DNA of 54,577 nt from Selaginella moellendorffii (taxonomy: Eukaryota; Plantae; Lycopodiophyta). Below are positions 48,810-54,577 of this stretch, one piece after another (the stretch's first letter is position 1; each line of letters begins with the position of its first letter). A program made the translations under genes and the position numbers. The notes beneath the pieces were generated by a model that worked only from the letters and a program-made list of their open reading frames with translations, ran no database searches and had not been told where the DNA came from. The stretch covers positions 402,782 to 457,358 of the forward strand of contig NW_003314285.1 in NCBI RefSeq assembly GCF_000143415.4. The letters run 5' to 3'.

Positions 48810-49003
48810 TGTAAGCTCCTGAGTTTGGACTTCCCAGGAGGTCACCTAGCCCAGTACTATTCAAACCCAAGGATGCTTAACCCCAAATATCCTAAGACCC
48901 TTAACCGATTGGAAAAGGGGGTGCACTCTTGTTCATGGGCCCTTTCCCTCTATATTTGAACCCCATGGATCATCTCTCGAGTCGTTCCCTTTGGTTGCTT
49001 ACA
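48810..49003 (-). mobile_element. Cassandra TRIM solo LTR inside the B 3' LTR
   Basis: 194 bp. Perfect TSD CTTCC. 5S-like GGGTTTGAATAGTACTGGGCTAGGTGACCTCCTGGGAAGTCC on the minus strand. Confidence 0.92.
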
Positions 49004-49039
49004 CTTCCCTATTCCTGACTCTTGAGACTTTTTCCTATT

Positions 49040-49328
49040 ATGCTTTATTTCGTTAAAGTGGGACTTATTCAGTAAAGTGGGACATTAATTAGCATGTGTC
49101 CACATGCCATTTCCTAGTACTTAATTAATATTTATTAATATTTCTATCAGTTTTTTAATTAATTTTTTTTATATTTCACAATATTATAACACAAAATCAT
49201 ATGAAAAGTTTTTAATTTATAAATTATAAAGCTAAAACTTCAATTTTTTATTGTTGTTATAAAAATGGCATGTGGCCACACACCATAAGTGGGATAATGA
49301 AAAGTTCCACTTTAACGAAATAAAGCAT
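49040..49328. mobile_element. MITE (non-autonomous DNA transposon) inside the B 3' LTR
   Basis: 22-bp perfect TIR ATGCTTTATTTCGTTAAAGTGG. AT-rich interior. Flanked by TATT on both sides; removing the element and one TATT restores the LTR. Confidence 0.88.
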
Positions 49329-49603
49329 TATTCCTGACTCTCTGATTTCTTGTACGATTCCTGAGTCTTGAGCCACATTCCTGATGATGATATGGCGCCT
49401 CCTCGACCTCAGCTATATTTAGGCCGTCCTCGATCCAAGAGTGGTGGAGCTTCATCAACCTATAGTATATATAGGTTAGCCTTGTTCCATTTCTCCACAA
49501 TCTGAATCAACACCAGTTTAGGCCTCTTCTTTGTTTCCACTAGCTTTTCTCTTTGTCTTTTGCATTTTCCAGTCTTGATCTTGTTGGGGGTCTTGACACA
49601 TCC

Positions 49604-52600
49604 CCTTTTCTCAGAATAATGGAAGACCATCAGGGTTCTTTTATAGATGGGCCGGAATCTAGAAGAACATCAAAAGGAGGCATCGGCAGATTTGTAGATG
49701 GTATTAATTGTTCCTGATCCCTTTGTATAAAGTGTTTCAACTGTTGCACATGCACAATTTCTGGAGGATTGGCCTGCTGGACGTTATGCCGAACCTCATA
49801 AACTTGTAGTCCAACTTGCTGCAACACCCGATACGGTCTTTTCCACTAAGCAAAGAGCCCCTTAAATAAACCATGTATCGTAAGATGGGGAAAACAGATT
49901 AACACCAAGTTATCCATGTTGTACTCCGCAGATGGACGATGATGGGAGTTGTAGTGCCGTTGTTGTCCCACTTGTACGCGACTTAAGTGTTTGGCAGACT
50001 CTACTCGGGCAAGTGGAAGAATGCTCGTCAAATACTAATCCTATGACCTAGGATTAGCAACTCATGGCAATTGCAAAGGTAAACCCAACTTCATTAGTAA
50101 TATTGGATCATTACCATATAAAATGTTATATGGTGAAGCACCAACAGAACTTTGCACCTTTGTGATATATGCATACCAAAAAGACGGCAAATAACCATCT
50201 TAATTCAAATGTTGAAAGTTCATGTACTTTGCGATCATTCCTTTGAATGTCCAAACGAGTGTTTCACCAAACCGTTTGACTGTGGATGATAAGCACTTGT
50301 GAAAGTGTGGCATATCCCTGACCGAGATGTCAAAACATGAAATACATCAGCCATAAATCCAGGACCATTATTTAAAAGAATCCGCTCCGAACAAAAATGT
50401 TGGAACACCACTTTGATTAAGGAGGAAGTATTCAATAACAATTGCAAAGGCACTAGCAAGAGCACCAACTTCCACCCAACGAGTCACTCAACAAGCAATA
50501 ATAACATATTCATTACTAACAGTTGATCGTGGAAAAGGTCTTATAAAATCAAATGCCACCAACTCAAACAGAAAGGAAATTGCAATTGACTTCAACTGTC
50601 CTTCTGCAGCACGAGGGAGAGTATTACAAGTTGGCACCAAACATAGCTATATATATATACCAAATAACATAACATCATATCTCCAGCCAATAGAAAGACT
50701 TATGTAGCTTCTCGGTCACATAATGATGTCCCATATACCCGCCCAAAACAGGAGAATCATGGTAGGTATAGAGAAACCGTGGAATAAAGACGAAAGGTAC
50801 CACCAGCCGTAAAGGATCATCAGAATCCATCCTTACAAAATAAATAAGGTTGTATGATATTGAGAATGTAAATGCCGGAATGGCAAGTCATTAATAAGTG
50901 ATGCAGAATTCTCAAACCCATCTCGAAGCCTTCGAATCCATGGCTCAATCTTTTGAGCCTCGTGAACCTCATCAAGAGAAGGTAGATCTTGCTCTGCACC
51001 TTGTAGACACTGAATGTCAAGTATAATAACTACCGACAATATAAAATCCTTGTCTAGAAAATTGTAGCGCATGTGATCATGGGATGAAATTTGGATATAC
51101 TGTCACCGTGGATCCTTGGAACCTTGGGGGATAAATGAGGATAAAATAGCCACTAAGGGCTCTCTCATCAAGCAATTGCCCCTTTTCCAATTGACTTAAG
51201 GGGAGAGAGATAAGGTGTGCTACAAAAATCCATAGATGCTAGAACAATAAGCTCGGCAAAAACATGAGAAAAGAGTGGAGAAAGAAGAGGAGCTTGAGAA
51301 AGGGCATCAGCATCAAGCATAAAACTTTCTGGGCGATGAACAACATCAAAATCATATATCTGAAATTTTAAAGCCCACTGTTAGGGCGTGGCCACTAAAA
51401 GAGTGAGAGAGAGAGAGGGATATTCTAATCCTCAAAATATTCCCCATCTTCCTTGTATAAAACCCTTGCCCGGCATTTTGCAAAGAGCATTGAAGCATTT
51501 CTTGTGTTTGAGCAAGCATTGGGGGGAAGTGCCCCTCCTTCCCTCAATACCACTGAGAAATACGACCAACCAAGTTCTTTTGCTTCAATAATGAAGTAAT
51601 AGCAACATAATTACCTTTAAGTAACATCCAAGAATCATATAGATATGCATGAAGTTTCTTGAAACCCTAAACTGCTGCTAAATGCTCCTTCTCTGTCATT
51701 GAGTAGTTCATCTTCACTGGTTATAATGTGCGGCTTATATACGCAATGGGATGGCATTGATCAAGCATACTCGGGCTCTCTTGCATCAATACACCTCCAA
51801 GACCAATATCGAAAGCATCCATGCACAAAATAACAAGTCAAGTGTAGTCAGGATATGCCAAAACTGAAGGAGTTGTCAATAACTTTTTGAGATCCAAAAT
51901 TTGATTTGCAAACCCTATAAGAAATATGATACCCAAAATAAATTGTGACCTTGGACACAAACATGCACTTCAACCACTTAAGCTTTAAACCAACGTCCTG
52001 TAGCTGATCCAACACTTTACAAACATCACAAATGTACTCCTCCCACGTCCCCTCCGAGTGGATCAAGACATCATTAATGAAGTCAATAGTCACCTCCAAC
52101 ATATTGTAAAGAACCTCATCTATCATCTGCTGGAAAGTTATTGGAGCATTTTTCAAACCAAATGGCATCACCAAAAACTCGTATAAACCAAATAGTGTAC
52201 GAAAAGAAGTCTTAAAAATATCTTCTATGGCCATTAGTACTTGCCAGTACCCAAAAACAAAATCTAACTTGATGAATCAACAACTTTGCCCTAAAAGATC
52301 CAAGATGTCAGTAATGTGAGTAAGAGGGTACACATCGGGGATCATCACTTCATTTAACAAATGATAGTTGATGCAAAAATGAATACTCCCATTAGGCTTC
52401 ATCACAAAATGAGGTTCATATGCCCAAGGACTCTGTGACTTCCGAATAACACCCTTTTCCAACATCTCCTTGACGTTTATACGTATTGATCTCTTTGGGT
52501 GACTAACGACAAACATGAACCTTAATTGAACAAGCATCTCCAATTAGAATCGGATGACATGTGGCAATCTTGGCCCTAAACGATAGGTCAAATTCAAAGA

Positions 52601-54544
52601 GATCAGAATACTCCTTCATGAGCCAGTCAACCGCTACAACACAAAAATTGTCAGAGGGATTGGAAAAAGGAAGAGTGTAACAAAATGGAAATATAGGAGG
52701 AAGTAGTGGGGGGACAAATGTAATGGAAGCAAATGTAAAACCAGAAAGATGAAGAAGTACAAAAATGAGAGGAATGGATAAAATATAAGGAAGTATGATA
52801 CAAGGGGGAGAAGCCTCAAAGTCACACTTAGCATGATTGCGTTGCAACTAATCCATACCAAGGATGAGGTCAAAAACTTGACTCGGCACCACCTACAATG
52901 ATTGCAACCCAAGTTGGAGATCGTTCATACGCACAACTAGGTCTGCCTCATCCTGTGCACATACACATGTACGGCCGTTGTTATAAAGAATGAAAACTGC
53001 CTCCACCGCACGATGCAAGTGTAAACAACAATATGTGGCAACAAGTTGAGCAATAGAAGATAAACTCGAACCTATATCAACCAATATAGAGAGAATAATA
53101 AAAAACCTCTTATTATAAAAACGAACTTGGAAAGTAAACACTAGATGAATTGGTGCCGAGTAAACCCCTTAATGATACTCCCGAAAGAAAGATGGAAGGG
53201 TCATTGACTTATTCGCACAAGGTCCCTCCATTACTCATGCGGCTCCTCATTTCCTGGATGCATCTCAGTGTCCAAACCTTCCACTACAGCAGCACCAACA
53301 GAACGTTATTGACACCAAGGTCTCTATCCAAGAAATGGTGGCTACCAATCTGGAAAATGCCCACAACACCAATAATTGTGACCAACTTTATCACATGCCT
53401 AGCAATGAACATCACGGCCATGACTATAGCCTCGCCCTTGTCCTTGGACTTGAGCAACAATAGCATTAACCTCCATTGAAACAAAACTATCACCCACAGG
53501 AAGTAGAGCTGAAGGACATGCAATGAGAAGTGAAAGAGCGACATCTTATAATGTTGTGCCAAGTGAAAAGCATCGTCAAGGGTGGCAGGAGAAAGTGTAT
53601 ACACAAGTCTGACAAGATCTTGATGAAGTGCTGGCCACAACATTTCTAGCTTGGTCCGCTCTAACATATTTAGCTCCACACGAAACAAGAGGCTTCAGAA
53701 ATAAATGCTAAATTGCATCACCAACTCAGATGACCCTTGACAAAGATGATGCAATTGTTGGAAAGCATCATCACAATCGTCAACATGTCCAAATATGCAT
53801 TTGAAGATGTCTAGGAGAACACTCCAATCCCCATGAGTGGCTGCACTCAAACCATTGTACCATTGCAACGCCATCCCTTGGAGACATGTGGGAAACTTAT
53901 GCAAATGTCAAGCATCATCCCAAGAATGATAATTGACAATTATTGTGAAGTGATTGAACCAATGGTACACATCATCCCTAGGATTCCTGCGAAAGAACTC
54001 TAGCCGAACGCGAGGATTGGCACCAAGAGCAAGAGGAGTTGTACCATGTGTTGTGAATGCCACCATCAACTAATCACATAGCATCAAACAATTGTACCAA
54101 TTGTTGTTCTAAAGTTAAAGGAGGAGGAGATTGCTAATCTGCCATGAAGATGAACGAAAAAAAAAAAGCAAAAGAAAGAAATGAAAAAAAAAACTAGAAG
54201 AAAAGGGAGATCTAGATAATGCAAAATGCTATTTAAACAAAAATCCTAAAAGGAAAAAACAAAGGAAAGGAAATGGAAAAAGCTAAATCTAAACTAAAAT
54301 CCCAAATCCAAGCACTCCTCAAGGATAATCAAAGGTGCCCCTCACCTTCACTAATGTGAGTGCATGGAATATAGAAAGGGAATATAGAAAATGTGCATAT
54401 CTATTAGTCCAAAAAACCTTAGCTTATATACAAGAGTGAGTGGTCCAGATTGAGACCAATCCGACAGCTACTAAAATCCCACTACGCTCACTCTCTCTAC
54501 TACGCTCCTCTCTACTACTACTACTACTACTCCTACTACTACTA

Positions 54545-54577
<33 letters not shown>
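49604..54577 (-). mobile_element. Decayed Ty3/Gypsy element C (no chromodomain seen)
   Basis: gag CLQGMALQWY (53695..53904). PR ILVDIGSS. RT KSQSPWA and FRTLFGLYEFLVMPFGLKNAP. INT SAYHPQSNGLV. 5' LTR from 54355, running off the window. Confidence 0.88.
54478..54577. repeat. (CTA)n-rich simple repeat within the C 5' LTR
   Basis: Seen directly. Confidence 0.9.

Larger units (their letters stand above)
43458..49598 (+). mobile_element. Ty3/Gypsy chromovirus copy B (Tcn1/Tf1-like)
   Basis: LTRs 43458-43819 and 48721-49598 (the latter interrupted twice). gag, 914-aa pol ORF, chromodomain, PPT at 48708-48720. Confidence 0.95.

Overview
Repeat-only eukaryotic DNA, most likely from a non-seed land plant (inferred from Tcn1-like self-priming chromoviruses plus 5S-carrying Cassandra LTRs). 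No host gene is supportable. The window is a nest of LTR retrotransposons. (1) Two inverted copies of a Tcn1/Tf1-like Ty3/Gypsy chromovirus: A (1189-6673, -) and B (43458-49598, +). Their TSDs, LTR variants and flanks are reciprocally swapped, so the ~37 kb between them is inverted, either by ectopic recombination or by mis-assembly. (2) A decayed chromovirus D (23161-38785, +) with a Met-type PBS. (3) Four copies (L0-L3) of a ~7.2 kb non-coding LARD-like element. It shares U3, the post-PBS leader, the 3' UTR and the PPT with D but carries a ~5 kb ORF-less, hairpin-rich interior. (4) A decayed non-chromodomain Gypsy C (49604 to window end, -). (5) A solo LTR of another family and a related LTR end at the window start. 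(6) Three Cassandra solo LTRs, one MITE, microsatellites and two 100-N gaps. The best candidate for an undescribed system is the D/L pair: a coding chromovirus and a large non-coding satellite that retains shared RNA structures and appears to have exchanged LTR segments with it.
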